From Tubiluchus corallicola (taxonomy: Eukaryota; Animalia; Priapulida): a DNA stretch of 64,000 bases. The position numbers and the translations under genes are program-made. The notes beneath the pieces are model-generated. The model saw nothing but the letters and a program-made list of their open reading frames with translations, was not told the DNA's origin and did no database searches. Position 1 is the first letter of the stretch, and each line of letters starts with the position of its first letter. Location: the NCBI GenBank assembly GCA_030141605.1, contig JAQGDQ010000408.1:1-64000 (forward strand), written 5' to 3'. Below are positions 27,759 through 41,639 of this stretch, in pieces.

Positions 27759-28599
27759 GCTGAAAGTCAAAATAATATACTCTTTAAAATATTGAAAGGG
27801 TCGTACTCCACAATGACTTATGTGAAAGAATTATTGCCACACAAACACAATTTCGCGTTCACGCCATTAGTTCTTCGCTGTTACATGCATTTCGCCATTC
27901 GCTACTTAGACGTGCACTAACACCTGTATTTCGGAAACGCGTTGCAGAAAAACAGGTGTTGCACCTCTCAGTTCAGATGTGTTAGTTTGTCATGTACTGC
28001 ACACGTTCGACAGCTCGTGCTAAGCACAGCGGTAAATTTGAAATTTTATCTTAAAATTTGTCTAGTTTTCGTACAGCATAGTGAATATTATACCGTAGCA
28101 CAGTAATTCGATTTTTTCTTTCACAAACACGTGCAACACACTAGCGGATTATGTTTGCTGTTGAAAATTATGTTCGTTTGTGAAGTCATCAATGTTGGGC
28201 TTTCCCGCCATTAGTTATAATAATTATAATAATAATAATAATAATCTTTATTTAAAGTCGGCTTTTGGGTCAACAATTAACATTAGCTCAAAGAGCTATT
28301 ATCGCCGACTGTAAATAACAACCTACAACTACATAACAGAGACTATTATTACCCTACTTTTACCCTAAATACCATGCGTCAGGCAGGGCAAAGCAAGTAC
28401 AATTTTTAAAGTCTTTGGTATGACCCGGCCGCTGGTTCGAACTCAGGACCTCCCAGACGGAAAGCATTACCACTAGACTAAACCGTCTGGTTAACATTTT
28501 AATCTATTATTTAACTATCAGAAACGCTTTTGCAGTATTAATTGTGTTAAAATCGAACTTGAAATTGTGGTAGTGTATGCAGAATCATCCTGTTTTCAT
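27759..28599 (-). mobile_element. Kolobok-like family A copy interrupted by a SINE
   Basis: Collinear with 14143-14759 apart from the 28214-28492 insertion. Confidence 0.75.
28214..28492 (-). mobile_element. tRNA-derived Meta-type SINE with (TTA)n tail
   Basis: Minus strand: TAGTCTAGTGG...GAGTTCGAACC...GGGTCATACCAAAGACTTTAAAAATTGTAC...AATAAAG(ATT)n. Confidence 0.75.
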
Positions 28600-29602
28600 T
28601 TAAGCATTCCTACTGTTTTTCCACAAATTTCTGGGACTCCAGTATACGTCAATGTGTGGTGTAGAAAACACCGCATTGTTCGTTTCTAAAGCTTGCAGTT
28701 TATTTGCACGAATTCAAATTGTGAAGTTCCTGTTATTCACGTTATTGAAATTATGCCTTTTTCTCATCCGTGTGAACGAAGAAAATTATGCATTAATAAT
28801 GACGCGTAAACTAGGCAGCTCGATCAGAGGGTTTATTTGCTAGTATTGTGATAATGAAGCAACAGAAGTGGACCTTATTCTTGTAGTTCATGTGTTTCTA
28901 GATTGCTGTCTGACCAGTCACTGCCTCTTGTACGTTGAACTCAAGTAAGTAAACAAATATTAATGTTCGTTGTTTGTCTTTCAAACTGACCTGCGCGTAT
29001 CTACAGTACAGGCGTTTGCGTTTTGAAACGCGTACTGTACAACACAGGCATAGAAAATTTTCGTAAATGCACGAATCAATTTTGTCTGTCTACTCGAATC
29101 GCCAGTCACGCAAATCTCGACTTAGGTGTGTTATTATGCAAGCTTTACCCGTGTTATTTTCCTCGCCCCCTCGGGCTGAGATAGTGACAGTGACTGAACG
29201 ATGTTTATCTAGTCTGTTATTGTTTGTGGCGTGTCCGCATTGGTCGTGTCTGACTAAGCACTCGTCAAGATTACTTGCTACACGCACTCGAGTGGGTTAT
29301 TTTTGTTTTCATACATTGTTCCAAGTTTGCTATGATAATTATTCGGAATGTTAGGGGGTAAATAGAGAATGTGGGTGAAGTACTTCCGATTAATACCGAC
29401 CTGTTCACTAGTCTATAGAAACTAGTGCGGAATAATGGGCATAGATTAGAATGTGTAGTTTTTTTTCGTACGTTAGTGAACCCTCGAGTACTTGCATAAT
29501 TATGACTTTATTGTAATCACGTACTCGGATGTTATATACACTTGTGAATCACGTTCTACCATACCCAAATCCTTTCTTTTAAAGAAAAAACACGAATATT
29601 TA

Positions 29603-29850
29603 AAGGAAGACAGGATGATTTTTCATATGCTACCCCATTTTCAAGTCCGATGCAAAATATACAAACACAATTGATACTGTAAAAGCGTTTTTGGTAATTA
29701 ACTAATAGATTAAAAACTTAATTAACGGCAAGTAGTGAGCCCAACTATTGATGACATCACGAACGAACATAATTTTCAACAGCAAAAATATTCCACGAGC
29801 CTGCTGCGTGAGTTTCCGAAAGCGAAAATTGAAGCGACAAAACTTAGTCA
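29603..29850 (+). mobile_element. Kolobok-like family A, 5' part
   Basis: TTAA|AGGAAGACAGGATGATTTTT. Confidence 0.7.
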
Positions 29851-29912
29851 TCCGTACTTCGCCGAAGTACCTGTAATAACATGCAATTATTTCAGTATGG
29901 AATTCTTGAATC

Positions 29913-30101
29913 TAGGTAAAAAAGTCACAGGCAAAAAGAAGTGACCCCAAGCACTAACAGTGACTCTAACTTTAACCCTAACCATAGCCAAAATCAATGT
30001 GACTTTGTTCCAAAATTCACGGGAAAAAAGAAGTAACCTTTCCTAGCTCCCCCTAGGAAATTGTAACCCCCCCCCCCCCCGTGACTTTATCACCAGTCAC
30101 C
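29913..30101. mobile_element. AAAGTCACAGG/TTAGGG inverted-repeat element with minimal array
   Basis: GGTAAAAAAGTCACAGG...TAACCCTAACC...GTGACTTTATCACCAGTCACCG. Confidence 0.65.
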
Positions 30102-30329
30102 GAATTAAATTTTTACTCAACGCGGTAAACGACGCTCCTCTAGTCACAAGTAGCTAAAATCGTAAATGTTTTTTCAACAATAAAGCTATTTAAACTTTGA
30201 TGAATGTCTTGTCTACGAGACTACGATTGGCCCTTTCGGAAAGTACAGATATTTAAGACTGTTTAACTCTTCTATGGTTTTTACTGTGCAATTCAAGAAG
30301 TATAATTACGCTGCACCGACTGTGCACAG

Positions 30330-30770
30330 TATGTGTTCTCACTGCTAGAAAAACATACGACATATGTTGATGTTGGTGTTGATTTTGACAAATTTTTTAC
30401 TCGTGTATGTTGCAATAGAACAAAGCAAAATCATTCTCTGAAGCTTTTCGTGTGTCAAACGGTTAAAGTATCATTTTGTCAATTTTTCTCAAATCGAGCT
30501 GTACCGATTTGGAACTCATTGCCTGCATATGTTGATAGTGCACCGCACATAACTGCACAAAATATCAAGTTATTTAAAAGCCGCTTACACAAAGTTAACT
30601 TGCATAGGTTCCTTGTACACAATAGACACACGTAAGCAATTAATCTCTTTTCTGTCTTTACACACTCTTGTAAATATTGTATTTGCATGTTTTTTGCCAA
30701 CGTGTTTTATATATATTGTTTTTATTATAGACTGTATTTTACTATTGGCTGTGAATAAAACAAGTAAATA
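30330..30770 (+). mobile_element. CR1-like LINE 3' fragment
   Basis: NHSLKL...FFSNRAVPIWNSLP...FKSRL motif, then AATAAA. Confidence 0.75.
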
Positions 30771-31131
30771 CACAGCTTCATTATATCATTTCAATCGTAC
30801 CTATAAACCACTTGTGCTATTAAAACAATCTGTATATAAAGAAACCCCTTCCTCATCACCAAAGTTCTGTAATTTGGCCGTCCATTCACGATTTGCATGA
30901 CGCTGTCAAATCACAGATTTGGCCCCTGATTCATCGATTCTGAATTAGCATGGCTGTCAATCACAGATTTGGCCCCTGATTCATCGATTCTGAATTAGCA
31001 TGGCTGTCACTCTGTATGTTATCATGAGGGCGTGTGGTATTTGCAGACCGACGCGATTATAATGAATCTAATGTGAAAAATGTATAACAAAGAAACGCGT
31101 ATTTGCACTCAGTGAGAAACTGATTAATTAA

Positions 31132-31691
31132 ATGATGACAGGATTATTTTTTATATACTAACCCATTTTTGATTCCGATAAAAAGTACACATTTTAATAG
31201 CAGTAATACTGCAAAAACGTTTCTGATCATTAAATAATAGATTAAAATCTTAATTAACGGCGGGCGAGGCCAACTATTGATGATATCGCAAATGATAATA
31301 ATTTTCAGCAGCAGAAATATTTGGCAGCAGCGTGTTGCTCGTGTTTGCTAAAGCGAAAATTGAAGTGCAATGCTACCGTATGATATTCGGTGTGTTGTAC
31401 TAAAGTTCGACAAGTTTTAAGATAAAAATTCAAATTTCAAATTGACCGCTGTGCTGCGCAGTACGTCGTAAACAAACACCTCTGAATTGAGAGATGCAGC
31501 ATCTGTTTTTTGTGCAACGCATTTCCGAAATGCATGTAACAGCTAACAACTAGTGGCCCGAGCGTGAAATTACGTTTGTGTAGTAATAATTCTTTCACGT
31601 AGTCATTCTCGAAAAAAAATAGTGTTTCCTTTCAATATTTTACGGAGTAGATTGGTTTGACTTACAGTTTAAGATTGGGTCCGGTTTTACT
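31132..31691 (+). mobile_element. Kolobok-like family A, full diverged copy
   Basis: TTAA at both ends; collinear with 4407-5004. Confidence 0.75.
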
Positions 31692-33713
31692 TTAATATAT
31701 ATGGAGCGGTGATGCTACTGTAGCTGCCTTCCACCAAGCCAAAATTTGAAAAAAACATATTTTGGAACTTATCATCACATCTACGTGATGTAGCGAAGCG
31801 GGCAATAAACAGTTTGTATTGTATGAGATTGGAAAACAGTAAAATAGCATAAGATCCTTGTGTAAAATGCCAAGATTCGTGTAACTAAAGTAAAGACTTC
31901 AAATATATAAATGAATAAATTCGCATATGTAGTTGTATTGGATTCGCTATCTAAATTTGTCTATCTATCTGAACATGATGCCTTAAAAGTTTACAAGTAA
32001 ACTGTCTGCCAAATTCCCAGTCACTTACTAACAGTAACCCGAATAAGCAAATGTGTGTATCAAACTGTATATGGGAAAATCCTTATGCTGTTTTTCGCAA
32101 TTATATAAGTTTATATAAGTTTATTTATTTTCAATTCTGCATCTAACAGTTATAATAAAAAATACAGATAATTTCACTGAAGTAAATATAAATATAAATG
32201 CAACATTATCCAGAAATTACAAAAGAGATTCTTATGCAGCATATACATGTGCAAATTACATTACAGAGTAATTTTGATGCATACAGTTTGAGCCTAAAAG
32301 CATAGATTGACAGGCCAAACTGTACGTGGAAATTTTAAAGAAGTGATTAATAATTGAAATAATAATAATATATACATAAAAGTGGGGGGGGGAGTAGTGA
32401 ATGAAAGATGAAATGGAGCGAGAACTAAAAAAAAACTGTGATGTGGGGGGAGTAGTGAACGAAAGATGAAATGGAGCGAGAACTAAGAAAAACTTATCAA
32501 AAAGTGATCATGATTATAAAGTGTTCAGTAAACTGTTGAGCATAGTCACGTTATATTAAAATTACTGTGGAAAAAGAATGCAGGTGATTACCATTATCAA
32601 ACTGTGTTACTCTCAATACTTTTGAAATATTTCTTTTCTGACGGTTTTTTTTTAAAGTTGAAAGGGAGTGACTACATTTTGAATTGCGGCTTAGTCTATT
32701 CCATAGGACTGGTCCCATATAGCTAATTAAAATGTATTTGTGTTACACAGGAGAAAAACTCCAATCAGTAATATTAGTATATGTCTGTCCACTTAAAATG
32801 AATAAAGTTTTTATATAAGAATCCTTGAAGCGTGATGTTACCCGGTCTAAAGGTGTCCTAGGACTGTCTGTGTTACTTGTCAGCTGCTGTACATAGGGAA
32901 GTCCTACGGACATGAATAATTGTATATCTGCTGTTGGCTGATTAGGTTATAATGGCTAAACCATTGCTTAGAACTTTCTGGGTTAATGGCGAGAGATAAT
33001 CACAGCCCCTGTGCCTCGCGCACCGTAACGACATTCTTGTAACAGAATTCAGCACACTGAAGCTCGTAGGAACGTCAGACTGTCTGTCAGAGATAGTTGT
33101 GAAGTGTGCACGTGACATTCCGACTAGGTCACGTTGCTTTGGACCCTGCTGTCAGCTGCGTCATGATAACGAAGTGGATGTAAAGAAACTCACCATTTTC
33201 CTCTTCATATTTGTTATCGTTATCAATGGCACTATTATCATCATCATCATCACCACCACCATCATCGGCATTATCATCCTCATTGTATCCATCAAATAAC
33301 AACATACATCAAAAGGCATTTTAGTCATGAAGGCAAATGTTCCAGTGTGCAAAAGAGTTAAAAGGTATAAAAGTTCAAAAACCATCCTTTGTGCTAAATT
33401 GACGTAGTTTTAAGTTAGTCGAAGTAGTTCAAACACTGTACGCAGGCCATGCCAGTCTTAGCTCTGTGTAATAGTAGGTTGGGGGAAAGAAGTTCTAGAA
33501 AATTACTTGAAGGTAATGAGGACTGGTCATGGTCATTAGTTATATCGTATTTCTTAATGATTTTTAATACTGTGACTGTCTTCACGTCAGAGACTTTTAT
33601 AGAGGTTTTTATAGACCTGTTAGCCAAACACTTAGTACCGTCATAAGATTTCAGCTGTTCATGTATGCATTGCTTCAATTATCCCTGTACTAAAAAATAC
33701 AGTTTAAACCAAG

Positions 33714-33765
<52 letters not shown>

Positions 33766-34559
33766 AATCTTTATTGCAAAAATTATATAGTAGTACAGAG
33801 TAAAACAAATTACATTATACATAAAATCAGTGTATAGCCAGTCAGCGACAGACTGGTGTAAGCAATTGTGTCAGTTAGTGTAAGTTTAAAAATCATAAGA
33901 ATAAAAACATTAAAATACTATATTACATATCTAAAAATTTGTCTACATGATGGCGTAATGGTGACTTACGAAAAATTGTGAATTTTAATACTTTTTGATA
34001 GTTTTTGCTACTTTTTTACCATGTAAGTTTCCGTACGAGTCGTATGTTTTTATTTTATTCTCCAGTGACAATGAATGGCTTCATATTATTGACATTAATT
34101 GATAAAAAAGGAAACGATGCAGGCTGATCAAGCAAGATAAAGAAACTCAATTGTCTTTGATTCCGTCTGTTTGCCATGTTGGCTCCATTCAGTCTAGTCA
34201 GGAACTGTTGTCTCTTGACACATTCGTATCAAATTTCCGAACAAACACAAGGGCATAAAGTTCTTTGATATTAGCCTATGATCTATGAACCCACTTGTTT
34301 GTTGAAAGCATATATCACCCTTCCCGTGGAACGCCTGGTTAATTGATCAACCCACGGCCATGGTGCAGTGTGAACTGTCCTTAATATAAACCAAGCAGCA
34401 AAACTTTTATGCATAATTGCATTTTGCGTTGTTCAAAATGATGTATTCCCATAATTGTTAACTATGATTACGCTTTGAAAACGGTAGCTCTCCTGGTGTT
34501 CTCTTGTGACCCGCTTGCTTTGTCTAGTAGGCCTACTGTACTTTTTTATACCAAAAAGA

Positions 34560-35035
34560 GACTAAATATTTATTTTGCCATGATGTTATACCAGGTACCT
34601 AAACAAACTCTTTTGGCTGTGGCGTCCCGTATATGAGATCTCCAGTTTTGCATTATGTTTTCCTAAAACTTTGTTTCTTTGGCTGTCATGTTGTATCAAA
34701 ACTTGTACGCAGTTTTTCTTTTGTGTTTCAAAATAACGTAAAATCAATTAATGTGTTCAATTTAGACACCGATTCTTTAATTTTTCTTCTTTTATACGCT
34801 AGTCCTTTGTTAAACTATGACCAAGGTGTTACACTTTTCAAAGTAGTTCAAAAATTCATCAGGAATACTGATAGATTTGAAGTAAGGAAACAGACTTGTA
34901 TTTTCTCGATCATGCAGTCACATTTTGTTATGCGTTGTTTCTAGCAGAATCTTGGAAAATTTATTTTCCATCTTGCCTGAGGTCTTTACGTCACCTTTAC
35001 TGTAGACCAAAGGCCACATTATATGTGAAAAATAA
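34560..35035 (+). mobile_element. LINE 3' fragment
   Basis: LLLYASPLL...LFKVVQKFIRNTDRF resembles a non-LTR ORF2 C-terminus. Confidence 0.5.
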
Positions 35036-35436
35036 ACGAAATATGTTTATAAAAAAGTATCAAAAATGTAATGGCACTAAAATAATAATAATAAACGAGA
35101 CGTGTTTATAAAAAGTATCAAAAATGTAGTGGCCCCAAAATAATAATAACAAACGAAATATGTTTATAAAAAAGTATCAAAAATGTAATGTTACCAAAAA
35201 AATAATAAACGAAATATGTTTATAAAAAGTATCAAAAATGTAATGGCACTAAAATAATAATAATAAACGAAATATGTTTATAAAAAATATCAAAAATGTA
35301 ATGGCACCAAAATAATAATAATAAAGTTAAATAAACGAAATATGTTTATAAAAAAAGTATCAAAAATGTAATGGCCCCAAAATAATAATAATAAACGAAA
35401 TATGTTTATAGAAAAGTATCAAGAATGTAATGGTGC
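35030..35436. repeat. ~60-bp AT-rich tandem repeat, 6-7 copies
   Basis: AAACGAAATATGTTTATAAAAAAGTATCAAAAATGTAATGGC units. Confidence 0.9.
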
Positions 35437-37239
35437 CAACTTTCAAAATCATCTCCTGTCTTTGCAGGTAATCGCCATAGCCGGATCGTGTGAATATCAC
35501 TGTTTCAAAACCTGGAATCTACTTATTGTGGAGACGTTGTGGAAATGTCCACTTCAGCTGCAATCACCAGATGCTCCATGTCAGTTTTTGTGACCGGGGA
35601 TACCAAACGGGCACTTTTTAGACAAAATACGGAAATTTTCAGTTTTACATTGAGTAGCTCTGAAGTCTGGTATAGTACAAAGATTATTTTAGTTCAGCAT
35701 TAGAACTACAGATGGCAGAACCTTGCAGTTGCATGGCTGATCTTTCCTCCCTGTGCTTTTTGCGTTGTTGTGAGATCAGAGACGCGGCAAATTGCTCAAC
35801 CAATCATAATAAGTGACAGAGTTTCATTTTTAGAATCTGTTGCTTTTTACGGAGCAAAGACCGAGCGCGTCACAATAGATCTTTCGCATATCCGATCTAA
35901 CCGAACCACCGTATTGCTTGCCATTGCTGATCAGAATAGCAAAACCATTTTAAAACAACTAATCACTATGTACAATTGAAAATTTATGCACTTTTTATAT
36001 TGCCTGTTATAAGCCGAGAAAGTCTTAATCATGTCAAGACAGTTTTCTTTCTATATAATAATCCTACATTAATTTTTCAATACAAAGCAATGGATGCACA
36101 TTCAATTTTTTTTACGATTTGTGTCTTATTATAAATATGATATTTTAACGTTGCGTATGCGATATTTGTTACTTTATACATTATATTTGATGCCAAATGC
36201 ACACATACAGATAGTTTTGCTTTCTTTTACAGGCCAATTACATATTATATCAATTTAGTGAACATGTTGTTTTTGTAAATTCAATAATTCCTGTTAAAAT
36301 TGTACATAATTATCGTTTTGTGAATTCTTGCAGACGTGTAAATGAGCTGGTATAGCATAGCATTGTGACTACAATATAATAAACAAAACTTATTTGTGTA
36401 AGGTATGAAGTAACTATAACCAAACGATGAATGATCATTGCAAAATGGAAATGTATTTTCGAAAGAAAGATTTCCCAATAATTTTTATACTATGCATCGA
36501 GTTTTAGACTTTAATAAATCAACTGAGAAATTTATAATAATTTTTAATGTCAACGTCTTCTCTGGTCAAGTGACCGCTCACAGAATGTGTGGCATTTTTA
36601 AAACCACACGAAAGTTTGTTGGTCAGATATTTGGGTATGTGCCCAAGCAGGAACGATTCAATATCTAATAGCTTAAACTGTTTATTATATAGTAAAAAAT
36701 TTGTACTTGTAATCGTAATGTGATAACTGCATTACCATATTTGAGGCTTTGTTTGCTGAATTTTCCTCCGTTTGAACATAAAATTAATTGGCGTTTGCCA
36801 GACATCCGGAGTTGCATACAAATCTTGCATATCCAAGTTATTTGTGTCTGTAACACAAATAGCCTACCTAATTCCAGACATCTGGTAAACACTGCTTTAC
36901 CATTTATTCTTGCCTCGTCAAAAGTTTATATCCAAATTTTTAATACATATATTCAGTTTAACGTTTAAGCAATAGACCTTATAAATGTGTTATCTATTAG
37001 TTAATTTGAGCAACATTATCATGTTTTGTATTGTGCATCAAGCCACCTAGCACACTCTTGTCGTTGTGTAAAAAGAAACGTGTTTGTACGGAATCAAAAT
37101 ATTCATTAAGTTTATAATAATAAATTTTATGTACAACATTTTATACAATCGTCTTGAATAGTTTCTCATTATGAAGCAGTCATTCCCATTTTCCTTTTTT
37201 TAGGATGACACTTTAAATAAGCCTACGCGTGCTTGCATA

Positions 37240-37715
37240 GCAAAATCGTCTATAAGTCGGCAATTAAGCTTTTCTAGTTATTCACATATCCTGAATCTCC
37301 ATTTCATGACGATCATTTTCATACCAAGCTCATCGCTCTATGTTATTTCCAAGCTGAGATAATCAACATTGAAGTTGAGGTGCATTCTGCATGCTGAAAA
37401 ACATGACTCTGAGAAAATCGTTGTTAAAGTTAGCCATTGTTTTTTTGTTACGTTTCTACAAAACATTTAGCAACCGCACAAATGTTAGTTGCTACGAACT
37501 TTGCAAGAACACATTGATGTTGTTTAAATAATCCAGTAGAAGTGCAGTACTAGTTTCTATAGTTTCCAGCACACAAGGGTTGTAAAATTAGATTTTTTGT
37601 ATTTTTTGATGTTACAGTATATTTAGTGTTTGTTTTTATAAAAAAAAATGACATTTCACCAAACTTTTTGTCCATTCTACTTTGAAGCATCATAACACAG
37701 TTTTAACTAAGCCAA
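37240..37715 (+). mobile_element. Dispersed DNA-transposon-like family E
   Basis: Reverse-complement match to 52100-52325 plus 53030-53266. Confidence 0.6.
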
Positions 37716-37833
37716 CTTACGGATGGTTTTGGTTTACAAGCACACGTATAATATGATGTGATTTTTCGTGATCCAACGGGCTCACAGCTAAATTTCTCAT
37801 TCAATACTCTGCCAAGAAGTCTCCTCAATTACA

Positions 37834-38226
37834 AGGGTGTATTTAGGCTGTAGCCTAAGGTGCCAAAGTTTGAGGGCGTCACATTTTAGAAAAAATTCTT
37901 ATTCTCGGAAAATGTGTATACTTTCATATTCATGTAAAGAGCGTGTTTTATAACATACCACAGGCAGTTACAGAGCACAGCTTTTATATAAGAGCCACAT
38001 AATGAACAGGTGCAAGGTATTGCACAACAAGCAGTTGTGCATCCAGCTTGAATATGTGCTATGCAAATACATGTAATTAATAATGACCATGTAGAAACTA
38101 GGTTGTGTTTCTAATGTACTACAAGTAACTGTTTGATCTGCTTATTACGTAAATGTCCATAAATTTACAATAGAGATGTGTGGGACAAAACTATCAGTCT
38201 AGGCATCGTAGTCTTGATGCACCACT
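37834..38226 (+). mobile_element. hAT-like MITE family C
   Basis: CCAAAGTTTGAGGGCGTCACATTTTAG core shared with 45888-46309. Confidence 0.75.
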
Positions 38227-39837
38227 ACATAATTACAAAATGTATCTGCATTTATGTTACAAAAATGATCAAGAAATTGTGTCAGATGAACCGTCCTTCC
38301 ACGTTTATTAACAATTACTGAAGTAAACCACAATGATAATTATAACACGTTATACATAACGATAATACCAGTACATGCATATCACACAGCTGTAGTGGTG
38401 CTGTTCAATTCATCAGCCGCTTGATCAAGGTTGCCATAATACTTGATAAATTTAATAAACGATATTAAACAATCATCAAAAATTAACATGCTCAGATATG
38501 AAAACTGCAGTTTATCACACTTACTTTGATTATTTACAGCATACAAGTTTTAGATTACATTTGCTCTGCCAACATTATTCTTATGTTATTATATGTACTT
38601 AAAAGTTAAAGCCACGGCTACGTCTAGGAAAAAAGAAATGCACTTGTGCCACGGTTTGCCGGACCTCACTTTTATGGATATCAGAAGAATCGGACAAAAT
38701 CTGGAGTGTTAAAAAGTCCCGCATACTGCGGACACAGTCCATTGTTTTGCGACCTGACCACTAGATGGCAGGCCGTCACCTTGTTTACATCATTACGTCA
38801 ATGTAACCAAGCAACCACTGGTCTAGCTTGTATGGCAGTGTATTTAAGTGGTTTTATCAGAGTAAAAATATAGAGTCAATTATGCGGAGTTATTTGAATC
38901 AATTGCCGACAGTTATAATATATATTTGCATACGAGCGGCCCGTACTAGACGTTTTTGAGACAATTAGACAACTGATTCTACATTACCGTGAGTCTAATA
39001 TACGGCGCCTACTGTATTAGTTTAGTATCGGAAAATATGGACAATCGGCAAATTTGGATCGACGTCTCCAAGCTTTTGTCAGGCAAACCGAGATACGAGT
39101 ATAATTATAAATCAAAAATATTAAAAGTCTATTAAACTCGTGCACAAAAATTTCAGTTAAAAATATCTATGGCTAAAATTCAAGACCTACAGAAAAAAAC
39201 AGAATAGAAAATTTTAATTTAATGATGAGATTTTTAAATTATTCACAAGCTTATTTTACTGAGCTTTGCCTAAGATCATCAGCTTTTTTAGATCATGTAT
39301 TCCACCAGCAGAGAATTGTTGTCCTCTGTATGAGTGCTGCCACCTATGAGGCATTTGATGAACGTCTGAAGCAGTCAAATTTAGGAAACACTTTCGTATT
39401 TATTCTTACTTATGCTCTTAGCCAAACAGCAGATCAAAATTAGTCCAAACAGCTGAAAAATAAAAAATCAATACGATTACTTGCACGCATAACAGTGTTT
39501 ATGAAATTAGCCAAAAGAACTCTATAATTATGAGGTAACTTAGTTCTTAATCACCAGAAATGTAAACAAACACAGTTGCCATGTACCAGGGTGGATCAGT
39601 TAATAAGAATATTATACTAACAACGAATATAATATTATGATAATATCTAAAACAAATTTAAACTTTTATCAGGTAGCGCAAAAAGTGTGCCGAAGTTTTG
39701 ATCATTTTGCTTCAAGAAAGACGAAATTGCTTGAAAACTACCGCACTGACGTTACGATTATGAATAAGTGTAGAAAATTTTATGCCACTTGCTTAGATTT
39801 TTCCAAAAATACACAACTTTAAATCAAGTAAGAAAAA

Positions 39838-40362
39838 ATGCTGGGGAATATTGAGTCACTAATGTTAAAATCTGCATCAAGTGCTAAATTAAGATTTTTA
39901 AGGCATACCGAGTGGAAACGACAAAATTACATAGACACATGCAAGCCAGAAGAGGTTAAAGACATATTGAAAATAAGACTAAATATGATTAAAGTTAAAG
40001 GAAACTACAAGAATGAGTTTAAGGATCAGTTATTATGCTCAGTGTGTGGGGAAGATGATGATACTACTGAACATATGCTTAGATGTGACAGATATGGAGA
40101 ATGGAAAAAAATTTTGAACTCAGATATATTAATGAACAGTGAAAAGGAAGGATTGCTAGAAATTAGAAATCTAGTGAACGAATACATGGAATACAGGATA
40201 AAAACAAATAAAGACATTAAACTTGGAAAAGACAACTAAAAGATCAGCGTTATAGAAGAATAGACTTTGCACCCTATAAAGGTGCCCGCCTCTGATAGGT
40301 GGAGAGAGTCGAGTATCACAATCGCAAAAGTGCTTGCCATATTCACTGCAAACAAGACAAGG
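39838..40362 (+). mobile_element. Non-LTR retrotransposon 3' fragment with CCHC zinc knuckle
   Basis: LKIRLNMIKVKGNYK...CSVC...TTEHMLRC is an ORF2 C-terminus; 5'-truncated, with a CAAGA-type tail. Confidence 0.75.
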
Positions 40363-41546
40363 TGTTTCCTCTTAAAGTTGAAACAGTTTCTCACTTTTTT
40401 AAGGGCAATTTGATCCTAGGACTCAACAAATTTTGCCTTTAGCAGCTTCGTTCAGTCACCGCAAACTTTCTGTTCAAGTGAATTCCACATACCAGAGGAT
40501 AAAGAACCATTTTTTCTTAACAACAAACATTTGTCAATGCTTTATTTTCTGCGGTGAAGAGTGAATACGTGATGTAAACCGATTAATTTCTTTATTGTTT
40601 TGCGGCCAGGTATTGAATGCTTTATACATTAACATCTTTCAGTTGATCCGTACAACTGACATTGCTCCGGCATTTAAATTTTTAACATGCAAAAGCTTTT
40701 TGGTCATAACTCAAAAACCACTAAATCCATAAACTAGTAACTTGCGCAACCAAAAGGTAATACATTGTAACATCAGACTTGGAGATTTCAACTTTGAGAA
40801 TCAGAATTAGAATTTATTGCTAAATTAACCATGATCATACAATGATAATTTTCACAGAAAGCATTAAATTAACATAAATTTTACAATAAAAAAACATTAA
40901 TATATAATTTTCATTGAGGCTACTGGTATGCCTCTGGACAACACCAGGAAGAAAATCTTGAGTTGGTGCTGCCCAGATTAATGGTAAATTTGAAATTTAA
41001 AAAATTTAAATTTTGTAGGACGCTTGCTTCTAATATTATTGCAGTTTAAACTTCGGCATATTTTCTACACATAATTTTGCATACAAACTTGTAAATATCA
41101 TTAACATAAACATGACTAATGATGCACTGTATGTTTAAACATTATATTACACATTTGCAAGAAAACGTATGAAAAAGTGAAATAGTGCACACTGCATAGC
41201 ATTCTAATACTGAGCTATGTAAAAATAAATAACACAGATTATAGCAAGCTAGCCACAAAATACCACTACCGTGCTAACCATTACAACTGTACAGCAATCA
41301 AGTATATACTGCAGCAATAAGAAATAAACTGTTAAGCTATCTACTCAGAAGTGTCAAATTGTTAAAAGATCAGAGATACCACAAGGTGGCGTGTTCCGCA
41401 TTATCTATGTTTTAGTAGTATAACAATCTACGTCATGCGTGTTACTGTGTGTCATTCAAGCCTATCGTGTTAGTTCACTACGTCGTGTTAATAGCTGGTA
41501 AAAGCCAAGTTACCAATAACAATGATTTCGAGATGATTTTGCTACG

Positions 41547-41639
41547 CTAAGCGTGCATTTGAAAACCGTCCATGGTTTCGTAACTGGAAATCCGGGAGAG
41601 AGATCTAGCAAGCAGCACGGCAATAATGGGTCCAATCAA
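41547..41639 (-). CDS. Tetraspanin exon 7 (end of TM4, cytoplasmic tail, stop)
   Basis: LIGPIIAVLLARSLSRISSYETMDGFQMHA* following (TG)nTTTAG acceptor. Confidence 0.88.
   Translation of the reverse strand: MIGPIIAVLLARSLSRISSYETMDGFQMHA

Noticed and set aside
32831-33133. Possible solo LTR
   Set aside because: No TG...CA termini, TSD or second copy in the window.
39838-40239. 133-aa ORF as a host zinc-finger gene
   Set aside because: Matches the CCHC C-terminus of a 5'-truncated non-LTR retrotransposon ORF2.
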